Below are positions 1-13,274 of a DNA stretch of 64,000 nt, piece after piece (the stretch's first letter is position 1; the number at the start of each line of letters is the position of its first letter). Origin of the DNA: Chrysomallon squamiferum. Its lineage: Eukaryota > Animalia > Mollusca. The stretch is taken from positions 17,422,001-17,486,000 of the forward strand of contig CM022667.1 of NCBI GenBank assembly GCA_012295275.1. The letters are read 5' to 3'. Under the pieces are notes generated by a model. It did no database searches and was not told the DNA's origin. It saw nothing but the letters and a program-made list of their open reading frames with translations. The translations under genes were made by a program, and so were the position numbers.

Positions 1-1090
1 CAAAGCAGCATAAATCTTAAAGAAAAAAGGAGTGCACTTTTTTCTAGGTTTTGACAAACGGCCCAAATTCAAGGAAATCATTAATATCACCTTACACGTG
101 ATGTAACAATGTTGAGGCGCATGCGCTACAGCTACCTTTGCCAAACGTTTCCAAGCAATTACTTACAAATCTAAAAGTACAGAAGAGCTGTTGTCAAAAC
201 TCTCTATTTTCCAGGTAGAAATTTAATATCAAAGAGACGCCAAATAATTTATAAAATAGTTTTTCAATCTGGAATACAACAACAGCGGTGTTATTAATAA
301 TAAAAGTAACAGTAACCACCACCACCATCACCACAACAACAACAGCAACAATAATAATAATATTATTATACAATTACATCATTAACTTAACAGTTACAAT
401 TAAATAATCGAATTAATAATAGTAATAATAATAGCAATAATACTGATAAATTTTAAAATGAAATAAAAATCTAAATAATTAAATAAACATCATTCTTAAT
501 GAAGTAATGAAGTATGAAACCTAATATGAGAAAAAAAAACGTTTAGAAAAAGAAATAATAATCATATAAACATCTCTCAATCACTTCATTAATTATGAAT
601 ACAAAATACACAAAGCAATACAATTTGTTTTATGTTACTTTTCTTATAATTTTTATATGCCAGTTATTCGTTTAAGGAAGAGCAATTCATCAGTAGCAAA
701 AAAACAAAAGTGAAATAAATAAAATGATATAAGTTAAAATATGCATTTTTCTTTTCTTTTGTTTTTCTTTCGTGCTATTATTTTTTTTTTTTTTAATTTT
801 TAAATTATATATGTATATAAGCACACATAAAACAATTCAAAACTGAAAGAAGAAATAAAACTAAATATGAATTATCAGTGGTCTCGTCTTCGACGTCATG
901 ATTTTATTGTAATTTAGCATTTATTCTTCCAGTCACTCATTCATTCACGAAGAGAATTCAGAGATAATTAATATATTAGTAAAGGTCACCTTTCCGTGCC
1001 TGCTAAGAAAAATACAATTGAATTTCACCGGAACACATACAATAATAATAATAATAATAATATCACATATATCTGTCGACAAATGACAGC

Positions 1091-1332
1091 CGTGACGTAA
1101 TGTGACGAAACAGTGTTTGTCACGTGACTCCGATTTAACTTCTCCGAGTTCCAGGTTGTCAAAACTTTTACAAATGATCTGTGACGTACTCTGTAAACGC
1201 CTTGCCTGCCTGGTAATTGATAGGCGAATGTTCCATTGGCCATCGTGGGGCATTTCCTCGATTTGGTTAGCAAATAAATAGGCACAATGAAGATTCTCGT
1301 GAAGTAGCTTGGGAACACACTTACCTGAGTCA
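1091..1332. promoter_or_regulatory. Candidate regulatory cluster ~2 kb upstream of tyrosinase copy 1
   Basis: CpG-richer patch with GTCACGTGAC (1119-1128), TGACGTAA (1093-1100), TGACGTAC (1182-1189) and TGAGTCA (1326-1332). Confidence 0.35.
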
Positions 1333-1435
1333 AACACACACAACACGTCAGGTGAGAGTCTTTTTAACTGTTGTTGTTGTTTTTAATATGAAACAATAAG
1401 AGTACATTACTGTAGATTTAATAATAATAATAATA

Positions 1436-1486
<51 letters not shown>

Positions 1487-2035
1487 TTAATTGAATTAAC
1501 TACATAATTTTGAATACTATCCTGTGCATTGCGGCAGTATCCCGTACACTGTTAAACAAAAATATAGAAAGATTATTATAGATGATTTTAATAAATAAAT
1601 AAATAAATAAATAAAATTATTAAAAGTATGTTAGCATATTATAAAAATAATAACTATATTTTAACGGAATTATTATTATTTTTTTTTTTTAAATCTTTTT
1701 CTGAATTATCAAAATCATAATTTAAAAAAAAATGCAACGATTAATATAGTTTTAAATACGTTAGTTGTATAGTGTTTCAAACAGCCGAGTTAATTTAACA
1801 GAACTTGGTGTACATCAAGCACATCGCCTGGGGCTTAAGCAAAGTAAGTCATTGTCGACGCTTGCTTCTTTGTACGAGTTTATTTTAAATACAAAGTTCA
1901 CAGGTTGACTGATGTACGCTTAGTTAATTACAACAGATAAAGAAACGAGTATGAAAAAATGATAATAAAAAAAAAAAAAGATATAAAATGAAGCAAAATA
2001 TTTAATTTTCAAAATTAATATTAAAGTTTCACATT

Positions 2036-2074
<39 letters not shown>

Positions 2075-2140
2075 ATATGAAATTTTAGTATTAATTTTGA
2101 AAAATAAGATAATTAGATAATTAATTAACATATATACATC

Positions 2141-2172
<32 letters not shown>

Positions 2173-3054
2173 ATGTATATATATATATATGTATGTATAT
2201 AAGTATGTATGTATGTTTGTATATTAGAAATATATTTTAATTAACGATCCAATTTGTTTTCTATCATACTACAGTTAATTTCTGAACGCAATACATTATC
2301 AGAGATGAAAAATTAAGTTAAACTACAGAGGTACTGTTTCGCGTTAATGCACCGACCTGTGTGGCTTCACATTTTATGCAAATAACAAATATATTCACTT
2401 CCACTACAGCTATCAATATGTTATACTTAGTGTACTAACAACAAAAGTCTACTAACTTCTAAGTTTAGTTCCTTTCACTAACAATTAAAATCTACTAAAT
2501 TTAAATATTTCCTTTCGTACACTAACAGCTACAGTTCTGTTAAAGTTGAACTTTTAATTTCCTACTCGGACAGTTACATTCTAATATATTAACAACTGAC
2601 TCCACTCTCCTTTACATTCGTGATTTGACAATTAACATGCGTTTACTACATTGCTACCTTTGGTTTCATACATCGTGAATTGAATAATCGGCATTGCTAC
2701 TGAGACAGTCTACAAGAACGTGAATGTTTGACTGATTGCTCTGTGGCTGCAGTCTCTCGCGGAATGATGAGGAGAAATGACATACACACTCTCGTGTATC
2801 TGTCTTGTTACGTACCACAACGTTTTCAGTTCAGTTAAACTGTGACTGTGCTTCTGAATTCACAGTCTCCAGATTTATGAAATGTTACCTAATTTCAAGT
2901 AGTATTTGTAATTCTATCATCTTCACTTTCTTTTTTATAATTAATATCATTATTATCAGGACAAAATATTAAAGAATTTTCGGCAGACTTATATAACAAT
3001 TCACATAAGTTTTATGCAAGCAAATTAACTAATGCGATTAACACATCACCACCG

Positions 3055-3055
<1 letters not shown>

Positions 3056-3109
<54 letters not shown>

Positions 3110-3116
3110 CATTATT

Positions 3117-3197
<81 letters not shown>
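3056..3197. repeat. (ATT)n/(ATC)n microsatellite abutting a splice acceptor
   Basis: Direct reading; it explains the poly-Tyr and poly-Asn ORF artefacts. Confidence 0.95.
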
Positions 3198-3223
3198 TTT
3201 CAGGAACCTCAAAAACTAAACTC

Positions 3224-4276
3224 ATGTCCTTCAACGTTCCCACAGCAACATGCAAACTGAAGTTGCTTCTTATTTGCTGCGTCATCGTCATCTGCTTGCC
3301 TGGCGTGTTCTCTAAGATCAAGAAATCACACTTAACCCCCAAACTTAACGAGTGTTACAGGCGCTATTCTAACGTCACGCTCGACAAGGTGGTCGGCAAA
3401 TTCCTCGCATGGCACTGTGAGTCCACGCTCACAGTGAGCCGAACCAGACTGAGGCTGACACCCTCGCAAAGACGCTTCATCTACAACCTGGCAGAAAAAG
3501 TTGGCAAACCTCACAGAGGCAAGAGACAGGCGAGGCGATGTGTGAGGAAGGAGTACAGAATGCTGACCACGCAAGAAAGAAATGACTTCCACAGAGCCAT
3601 AAACGGACTGAAACGAAATACCGTAAGATAAACACTTAACCTGTTCATTTTGATTTAATTCCAATATATTTATAGGAATAGTTCTTTCTCAGCTCTTTTC
3701 GTATTTCTGTCTATGTTTAATATGTAAATTTTGGAATCGAATTCTGTTATTTTATTTTATTTTATTTTAGTTCAGTTTAGTTTAATTTAGTTTAGTTTAG
3801 TGAACGACCGAAATCATCATATTCAATTATGTCAAATGCCAAAACATAAATCATTTAAAGAAATATGCAATTACTAATCGAAGTAAAACATTCGATTAAA
3901 ATTAACAAAAGAAAACGAATTAAAAATAAACTATTCAGATTAGCAATGAAACTTGAAACTATTCAATCAAAGATAAATTAAGTTCTCTATTCGTGAACGA
4001 TGTTTAAATTGTTTTCTTTCTTAGATGGTCCAGCCAAACGTGTACGACGCACTCGCCATGTTACACTCGGAAATGCAAATTCTAAAAGCTCACGGTGGAC
4101 CCTGTTTCCTTGGTTGGCACAGAGTGTACATGCTCATGTAAGTAATTCTTTAACAGATAACTCAGATAGAAATTAATACTGTCAATAATTAGTGTTAGGC
4201 ATTTGAACAGAAAATTATTTTGTGGAAAATAAAACTCACCGCAAGAAGTAAATAAAGAAACAAACAAATAAACAAA

Positions 4277-4319
<43 letters not shown>

Positions 4320-6769
4320 ATGTCTTTGTGCAGTATTTTATTGTAATAAAATTTCTATTCTGTATAATAAAACTGCCATTCCTGAGCGAAAATTATATAT
4401 ATGTATTTATGTATGTATGTATATGTATATGTATATGTAAGAGATGTCTATAACTAAACAAAATAAACAATTAACAAGAATAGAGCACAAAATATTACAA
4501 TGTCTGCACCTAATTCTTATCTGTTCAGGTTTGAAATGGCCTTAAATGATGAAGTTCCTGGTGTCTGTCTTCCATACTGGGACAGCAGTTTGGACAGCGA
4601 ATTAAACGATCCAACACAGTCCTATCTGTTTAGTCCGGAGCTGCTTGGTAATGTACAAGGTCCTCTCACAACTGGTCCCTTCGCTGGCTGGCGAAGACCA
4701 AGGGATCCAAGCAGCCCCACAAGTCTGCAGACACCTGTCATTAGAAATGTGGGTGCTGATGGTCAGCTGTACACAAGACAGTCGATAGAAATGATCATGT
4801 CTCGAAACGACCATTCAGAAATCATAGCTCCCTTTTCTGATCCCGACTACGACATTGAGGTACACCACGGCGGTGTGCACATGTTCATAGGAGGCGATAT
4901 GGAATCACTAGTAACGTCGCCCAATGACCCGATATTCTTCTTGCTCCATTCATTCGTCGACTACCTTTGGGAACTGTTCCGTATGAAGCTGAGGAACCAG
5001 CTGAACATTGATCCTCAAACTAACTACCCGATGAATCACAACATCCAGTTCCACGGACGCGATGAACGTATGGATATCGCCAATTTCTCCTGCGGCGACG
5101 GCTACATGGATTATCTCATGGACACAGTCGAGTATGAAGCATCGCCATCTTGTACAAGACGACGACCAACCTGTGATTCCCCTTACTTGAGATGCCAGAT
5201 TGAAACCGGTCGATGTATTCCTGTCACCATCCAAGATTTCCAAAATCTAGGTCCTCGACCAAATCCACTTAATCCAAGACCTGGTCCTGGTCCATTCAAT
5301 CCACAGCCCGGTCCAGTCAATCCACAACCCAATCCCCTCTTCCCCGAGCCTCCTCCCCTTGACCAGTGTGCTCACATTGAAAGAGAGAGGCACAACGTGA
5401 AGCCTTGCCAGAACGCTTTCTGTATCAACGGTGTCTGCGACATCAACCAGTGGGTGTATGTTCCGGTGAAGGTTGTAACCATCAGACCCCCAACCTTTAA
5501 CAAGTACCAGTCATATCCAGTCATCAACGGTGACCTCAACATGGCTAACGACATCTACAATCCTAATGCTTACGTCAGAACAAAAAGAATCATTGAGAGC
5601 CGCTTGGGAAAAACGCCTAAGGGATATTATCATTGCTCCGATGACGGTATCGGACAGATTTTCGTTCAATCCCAGGGTTTGAACTATGACGGTTTCTACA
5701 AAGAATCATCGTTGATCGATCAAAGATTGGCGACGACAATGTCCATTGCTTACATCGCCGTTAAGGATCCCGGTCCTAGAGGAGTCAGCCGAGTTCTCTT
5801 CCGTGCTTCAGATTCTTGTGGCAGAGTGTGTCACACGTCATGCAGGAATCCCAGGACAGGCATGTTTGAACCCTGCTCAGGTGTAATAGAAATCGACTCT
5901 CGACCTCCAATGATGTACAGCAGGAATTATGGAGATGCCACTTTAGACGTCTGGGACTACGGCTCCGGCTCGACTTTTGGCAGTGAATGTCCAAACTTCA
6001 ACAACGATAACTTTTTCCTGACGTTTTACTGCGACTACAAAGATCATCTTCCTTGGGTTGAAAAGATGACAGCTCCAACTCTGTTCCCAATGCTTAGACA
6101 AAGAACACCAGTTTTCAGGCAAACCCAAGGTGATTGTTTGATTTTTTCTAAGTTGTTTTTGTTTTCTTTTTCTATATATTTACTTATTTATTATCATTTT
6201 ATATTATCATTATTGTTTTTTTTGTTTTTTTTTTTTTTGATAATAATATTATAGTGTTTGCATTTAAATTTCAGATGCGAAATCTATACATATATTTAAT
6301 TTATCATGTATTTTAGAAACTATTATATTCTTAATACATATTTAGAGATCTAATTATCGCGTATTTAATTGTTTTTTAACTTGTTCTGTATATATTTTAT
6401 AATCTAAGTATTGTCATTCTGATTACAGAGTGCCGAGTGAGCCCGACCTGTGTCGTTGATGTCCCGTGTTATTCAGCCATCCTGCAGTGTCGCTTCTTCG
6501 GCGAAACCCACCAGTGCCGTGGTAGCTGTGGAAGATATGCCGTCTGCAATTACGGACACTATACGGAAAGATACTGCAGTAATGGTATGAGCTTTGACGA
6601 ACAACTGCACAGATGTTCTAACATGGCTTGCAGAGGGCAGTCAGTCCGTACACAAGCCACAAGATGGACGGCTTTTGGACAAACGTTTGGTCAGAGCAAC
6701 ACCAACTACGTGCAAAACCTCGGTAACAGAATGTTGAACCAACGTCTCAGTATATTGGGTGGCAAGTAA
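3224..6769 (+). CDS. Secreted tyrosinase-like type-3 copper protein, copy 1 (~817 aa), with Pro-rich linker and C-terminal chitin-binding (peritrophin-A/CBM14-like) domain
   Basis: Phase-consistent coding exons 3224-3622, 4025-4137, 4529-6129, 6429-6769, all GT-AG. Signal-like LKLLLICCVIVICLPGVFS; RGKR pro-site; CVRKEYRML motif; CuA LHSEMQILKAHGGPCFLGWHR; LPYWD; CuB HHGGVH...DPIFFLLHSFVD; C-terminal CGRYAVCNYGHYTERYCSNGMSFDEQLHRC. Confidence 0.93.
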
Positions 6770-7055
6770 TGAACAATCAGATGTGAATATTTACCGGTTT
6801 AAATATCTTTTTTGGTGACATGACTTGTTGTGTTTCTTGTTTGTTAATCTTTTAGTATATTTATATAGCAGAAAATAGACCAGTCAGATACTGTCATCAC
6901 TCCTTGTTATTTATCCGGAATTATATAAAGAAAAAAATTAAAAGGCAATGATAATGTTCATTTACAAATCGACTGACTACATGTTTTCATTCCAAAAAAA
7001 ATAAAATAGGAAAAATTCAAATAAGGTCCAGCCCCTAATTTCGATTTCCCAGGGC

Positions 7056-7061
7056 AACACA

Positions 7062-7132
<71 letters not shown>

Positions 7133-7148
7133 GCACGCACACACACAC
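7056..7148. repeat. (CA)n microsatellite
   Basis: Direct reading. Confidence 0.95.
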
Positions 7149-7984
7149 AACAAACTCATAGACACGAATTAATCTGTTTTTAGTTAGAAACTTTGTAAAG
7201 ACAAATAACAATTTCGAACGAAATCATAATAGCGGATAATGAAAAAAGGTTTATTCTAATGAATAAAAATTACGGCAACACAAGGCAAAGGTTCCGTATG
7301 CCATAAACATAATACAAATGTGGAGATGAAGAAAAGAATACGAGAAACAGTTTAACCTGTTTGTCCTTGGGAAACTCTAAAATCCAAGAAGAATATACAA
7401 TGAAGAATTAAAGTATTTAAACATATTAGACAAGTTATAACAAACGATAAAATTGAGTAAAATAAATAAATAAATAAATAAAAACAACGACAATAAAAGC
7501 ATATAGTAGAAATAGAAGTACATAAAGCGGCTGATGATGAAACTTTCATCACTCGTGCTGCAGAAGGAAATAAATCAAAACCTGCGCCTAACTTAGAGCA
7601 GCAGACAGTTCTATGACTTTCAGCTGACGTTAATTTCAAGCACAGCCCATCAAAAGAAGAAAAATAAATGAATAAATAAATAAGTAAATAATAACAACCA
7701 TAACAAAGAAAGAGAACAAAAACTATAATTAACTAACAAATTAAAGTTCAAATTTCTTTTCATATATGGCTTCATGCCTGCATGCTGTATTGTTAAATCA
7801 GCATAACTTGTTTTGCCGTTAATACTCACATTAATATCTACAATCACATACCAGTCAGAAGTACATGAATGGCCTGTTTTACTAATTATCTAAAACAAGT
7901 CAAATGAACTCTACCATACCAAATTAAACAAAATCTACTGAAAAATGTAAAAATATATTGTCTTAACAACAACAACAACTATAA

Positions 7985-8036
<52 letters not shown>

Positions 8037-8836
8037 TATAAGAGTTTTAATAAAGTAAACATTTGAACTATGGATAGAAAGATGAACTGAGTGTGGTATT
8101 TTGAAGGATGGATGAGTGACTGATAACTGCACTAACAAATGAATAACATCGTCAATGGATGTTTACTTGGAACACCAAAGTTATTTACTGAGTCAGTTTT
8201 AGATACAAATCCACGTACCTAGTATTTTGAATGGCCTCTAACCATTCAGGAGAGTATCACAAAGGTAGAGAAGCTGGGTGTATGGAGGGGAAACTATAAT
8301 CAACGTGCCATGCCACAATTTTAAAACACCGACTACAGCAACACACTAAAAAACACCGAAATACTTCAACAACAAAAAAAGAAATATTTACTAAATTCAT
8401 TTTAGGTGTAGTGACCATTTTTCTAGCATTACGACGGGCCTCTAACGAGTTCTGTGTGAAAACATAAAGAAAAGATAGCTGCTTAGATACACAACAGCAC
8501 AGCTGTAGTTCTCCGAGTAGCGTGAGCTCAATGCGTCAGTACAGTGCAGCTGTGCTCGTGATGTCGTCGCACGTGCAGTAAAACAGATGTCTTGTTTGCG
8601 TTCTTCTTTTCAGCAAACAGATCTGTTTTACTTTTCTAGTTTTCGTGATCGTCTACACATAACAATTTTGAACTATTTCGATGATACTGCCACAAAATAA
8701 TATCCGCAATTTTATTTTTAACTTTTTTTGACGATACATTTTTCAGTTCCAGATAGAAATGGTAATACCGTGATATATAGAAAATTGTGTTGTTTTCTTG
8801 TCTTTTCTTAATTTCTTTATTTTATTTGTATTTTCT

Positions 8837-8871
<35 letters not shown>

Positions 8872-9942
8872 TAAATGTTTGTTCTCTCTCTCTCTCTTTA
8901 TCATTTGAAAGAAAAAATCAGTAGCATTTCTATGGCCTAATTTTATCGATTTCCACATAAACAGAAAGATGCTTTCAATGGCTGTTGATATAACAGGCAT
9001 GAGAGCTATTTGGAACGGACAATAAATAGCCTGATGACTGCTTTGAGGACTGATACCGCTATAACAATAAGCGAGCTTTTTACAATGAATAAATTAATTA
9101 ATTAAATAAAGCAGTAATAATAAATAAAATGAAACTTAAGGTAATGAAATATTTCTTTTAAAAACCCTAGAAAAAGAGAGAGAGAGACATCTGTGTCTGC
9201 ATATGCTAAGCGAGCGTGTTCCATACAATAGTGAATGCATGTATGCTTGAAGAAAAGATGTTTTATTTGTTAGATTCAAATAAAGTATAAACACATATTT
9301 CTTTTTATTTATTATTATTATACAGGGAAACGACAAAAAAACAAAATATCAATATCTGATATTCAGTCATTCATTATGACAAATGAGGTGACAAGTAATG
9401 TAACATAATGACACAAATGAGGTCGCAGTTTGATGATGAAATGAAGCCATGTTAAATGTACGACACGGTTTCCTGAAAACAAAACCTCTACAAAAAACAG
9501 TGGGATTGGTCTCAAGACGTCATCTGATTTAGGTTAAGTTATTCACAGTTTTGCGGAAATATGTCATATTCTTGATTCCGAGATGAAGTCGTTACGCACC
9601 AGGCTCTGTTCCTCTAGCGGTTCTTACACATACACTAGTCAGGTAGTACAAATCTACAGTAGTGTGTCTCCTCATGACGATTAACACATAAACACAGTTA
9701 CTGGCGTTCAAATTAAAAGCTTTGACCCAAAGACAGGATGTGCTAGTAGAACCTTCAATTGAAGAAAGCACGTTTCAAATATTGAATGAGGTCATATAAT
9801 ACATAAGTTTGGTCGGTAATTCACTGGTTGTAAAAGAAAAAATATACTTTTTTATGGAACTTTACTTTTCACTTTTTATTTATTTATTTATTTTTTATTC
9901 GTTTTTATTGTTGTTGTTTTTTTGTTTTGTTTTTATTTTATG

Positions 9943-9971
9943 AGAGAGAGAGAGAGTGTTAGAGAGAGGGG

Positions 9972-10061
<90 letters not shown>
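9943..10061. repeat. (GA)n microsatellite
   Basis: Direct reading. Confidence 0.95.
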
Positions 10062-10064
<3 letters not shown>

Positions 10065-11101
10065 AGCAAGTGTTATTTATTATTGTCTATACATAAAAAA
10101 GAAATCTAAAAATATAAGGATGCTGCAAAATCCGCGTTTATAGTAACAAGGAAAAGTAATAATTTATACAGCGTAAAATTAGGTTTGTACCAAATATAGG
10201 AAAGGTGTTTGACACAGGTACAGTTTTTCACCGATGGTTCCAGTAGGCCTATAGTATTTGCTCTAGTAATTACAGTTTCACAAAGATAACCTACGTCGTG
10301 GACAATAATTAACTTATAACTAGGTTATAACAACAACAACATAGTAATTTGTAAATAACAATGCTTATGCATTATTCTGGCTGTATTTGATCTATTGAAC
10401 TTGAATTTAAAATAGTTTACAATATTATTAATCCATGAAAACAATGCAAATGTACTTGAAGAAGATTTCATATAAGTTAACAGTATTTAGCAGAAACTAA
10501 CAGTAGTAATATAACGTTTTCTAAACGTCATAAGTAATATAGGAAATTATAAAGAAAATATAATCATATAACAGAGATGGATGCATTTCGAAACAGTAAC
10601 TTGAAACTGCAAAGAACCAAATCCCATTTTCTACTTTAGACGAGCACATAAAAATTATATAAATTTATTTTGCTCTTTCTTTTTGCTTCACAATACTTTG
10701 ACAACGTTAAAGTTTTCAAAGGGTGTTTGGGCTTTCTTTCTTACGACTTTGGTACGTGTTTGGCCTACTCCACATTTATGTAACTTTATTTTTACGAATC
10801 ATAAAATATTTCTTATTTCTGACAAGTACTCAGTTACATTTAACAGGCTTATTTCGTAAAATTATAGACACGGTCTGTTCAAAAAGTACTTTTCTTTTCA
10901 TAAACATATTTTGATTAATTAATCGATGACTATTTACGACACCGCAACACATTTTATTAGCAACAATTATTACTAATGGTCTTCCTTTTTCTTCGCTCTA
11001 TTATCATTTATTTATTTTATTTTATTTTATGTTTATTTTTATTTTTATTTATATTTATATTTTTATACATAATAATTTACTAACCACAGACTAAATTGTA
11101 T

Positions 11102-11183
<82 letters not shown>

Positions 11184-11592
11184 ATATTCTGTAACAAGAA
11201 TAACAATTGTAAACGTGTAACGAAGTATTATTCCAAATGTGAAACTCGTCAGCTAATCAACGTCGTCAGACAAGCTCCTCCCACCTGCAAAATGTCGACA
11301 AAAGACAAAAAAAATATAATAATAAAAATCTGTGCATTTTAGAGTTTCTTACCGTTCAGTCTTGTTATATCCCAGAGAATATAAATCGTTGAAGAAACTC
11401 AATTTTTTAATTCTTTGTTTATCTGTATATGTATATATATATGTATATGTATATGTATACGTGTATATATATATCAATATAAAGTAGACGTAATTGAATA
11501 ACTGTTATGATATGACTGAGCAGGTCTGAAGGTGGATTAGTAAACATCTTTGGATTACGTATTTTCAGTGCCTTTTGAAATAACTTTATGCG

Positions 11593-13197
11593 ATGATGAA
11601 CATATTGTTAGTCAAAGGCAAACTGAAGAGTTTGCTAATCTTCGTTTGCGTTTGTATACCTGGCTGCCTCGCTAAAATCAGACAAGACCCTCTGCCGATC
11701 AACCTGTCCACGTGCTACAGTCGTTTCGCCAACGTAACTCTAGACAGAGTGGTTGGAAAGTTACTCTCGTGGCACTGCGAGGTCCCTCTGGCGACAGGAA
11801 AACGTGCTAGGCCGCTGACCGCTTATCAGCTTAGATACGTCAACCGACTCATTCAGAAGATTCATGGTTCGGGTTCTGGCAGAGGAAAGAGGCAGGCCAC
11901 CGCTTGTGTTAGAAAGGAATACAGAACTCTAACCGCCAGAGAAAGAAGTGACTTCCACAAAGCGATAAATGGACTGAAAAGAAACACAGTAAATTAACTG
12001 GTTGTGCTTTATCCTTCCTTTCTTCTTCTTCTTCTTTTTATAATGTTTTCTTGGTTTTGGGTTTATAAATTTTCATTTGTTTTCTTTTTTTATTATTTTT
12101 TTTTCTCTCTCTCGTTATTATTGGGTTTGTGGTAAATTACAGAAGTGGATCCACAATGTATGAAAATGTTATAGAAGCAGTGTTATTGGTTATTCTAGAA
12201 ATTAATATAGGTATTCTTAAATTGTCAACATCAATGCGATATTATTCCGGAAATAAACATCAGAAAATTCTGTAACTGAAGTTAAGGTGTACTATTTGCA
12301 AGATAACATACAAGTAGACATATCTTTTGTATTCTTCCAAGTGGTTTTATTTTATTTATTTAAACGTCTGCAAAGACACAATAACAAGCACGTTTGTAAA
12401 ACTGCTTTTATGACGTCAATGACAGGTGTGTATATCAATAAAATAGTGTCTCAAAACCATGTAATATGGACGTGAAATATACACAAACACACACATACAT
12501 TTCTTTTCTTCTTTTTTTTTTTTTCGAAAAAGAATTAAGAATGCAAATCATTTACTGTATTTTAAATATTCACAATGATAGTGTTAATTACTTCACTATT
12601 TCAAATAGTACAGATTTAAATTTTGTAGTAATATAATGTATAAATACGTAATTTATTATTATTGAAAATAGTAATATTAAAAAAAAAGCACTTAATTACT
12701 TGATAATTTCGACACCCGTATTTTAGTATAATTCGGAAAACGGAAACAAAAGGTTTAGCTATCTATCGTTCAGTTCATTTTAATAATTTGAATTTCATTT
12801 GTTTCTTTAGATTTTTATTCCTGACATGCACAATAGAAAATCTATTTGTTTTTATCATAATCATTATCATCAGTAGCACTTGTAGTATTTGCTGTTCATG
12901 TTGTTATACTCTGATAATTTTCAGATTCTTCATCCAAATGTCTATGATGCGCTAGGTCGGATCCATTCAGAAATTGGATCCAAGGCTCATGGAGGTCCTT
13001 GTTTCTTAGGTTGGCACAGAGTTTATCTACGCATGTAAGAGTTTAAACATTATTTAGTATTTTCTTTCATTTTAAAATGTACTAGTAGTCTTCCTATTAT
13101 TATTCCTATTATTAATTCGATTATTTGCTTCATTTAACTTAAAATTATCAGTTTTTAACTGTTTAGTAATTTTTAAGTTAGTGATGTAATCTCTCTC

Positions 13198-13274
<77 letters not shown>

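Noticed and set aside
945-1346. 133-aa and 104-aa minus-strand ORFs
   Set aside because: Non-ATG starts, no recognisable motif, and they run through an (ATT)n tract.
3012-3223. Poly-Tyr/His N-terminus of ORF 3032 and the antisense poly-Asn ORF
   Set aside because: Translation of an intronic (ATT)n microsatellite. The real exon starts after the CAG at 3203 and the likely ATG is 3224.
6130-6254. Hydrophobic C-terminus of ORF 4500-6254 as a transmembrane anchor
   Set aside because: Read-through into a T-rich intron after the donor at 6130. Paralogs splice at the same position to the chitin-binding exon.
8496-8556. Short inverted repeat AGCACAGCTGTA...TGCAGCTGTGCT as a pre-miRNA or ncRNA
   Set aside because: Only ~12 bp pair, partly from self-palindromic CAGCTG, and the interior pairs poorly.
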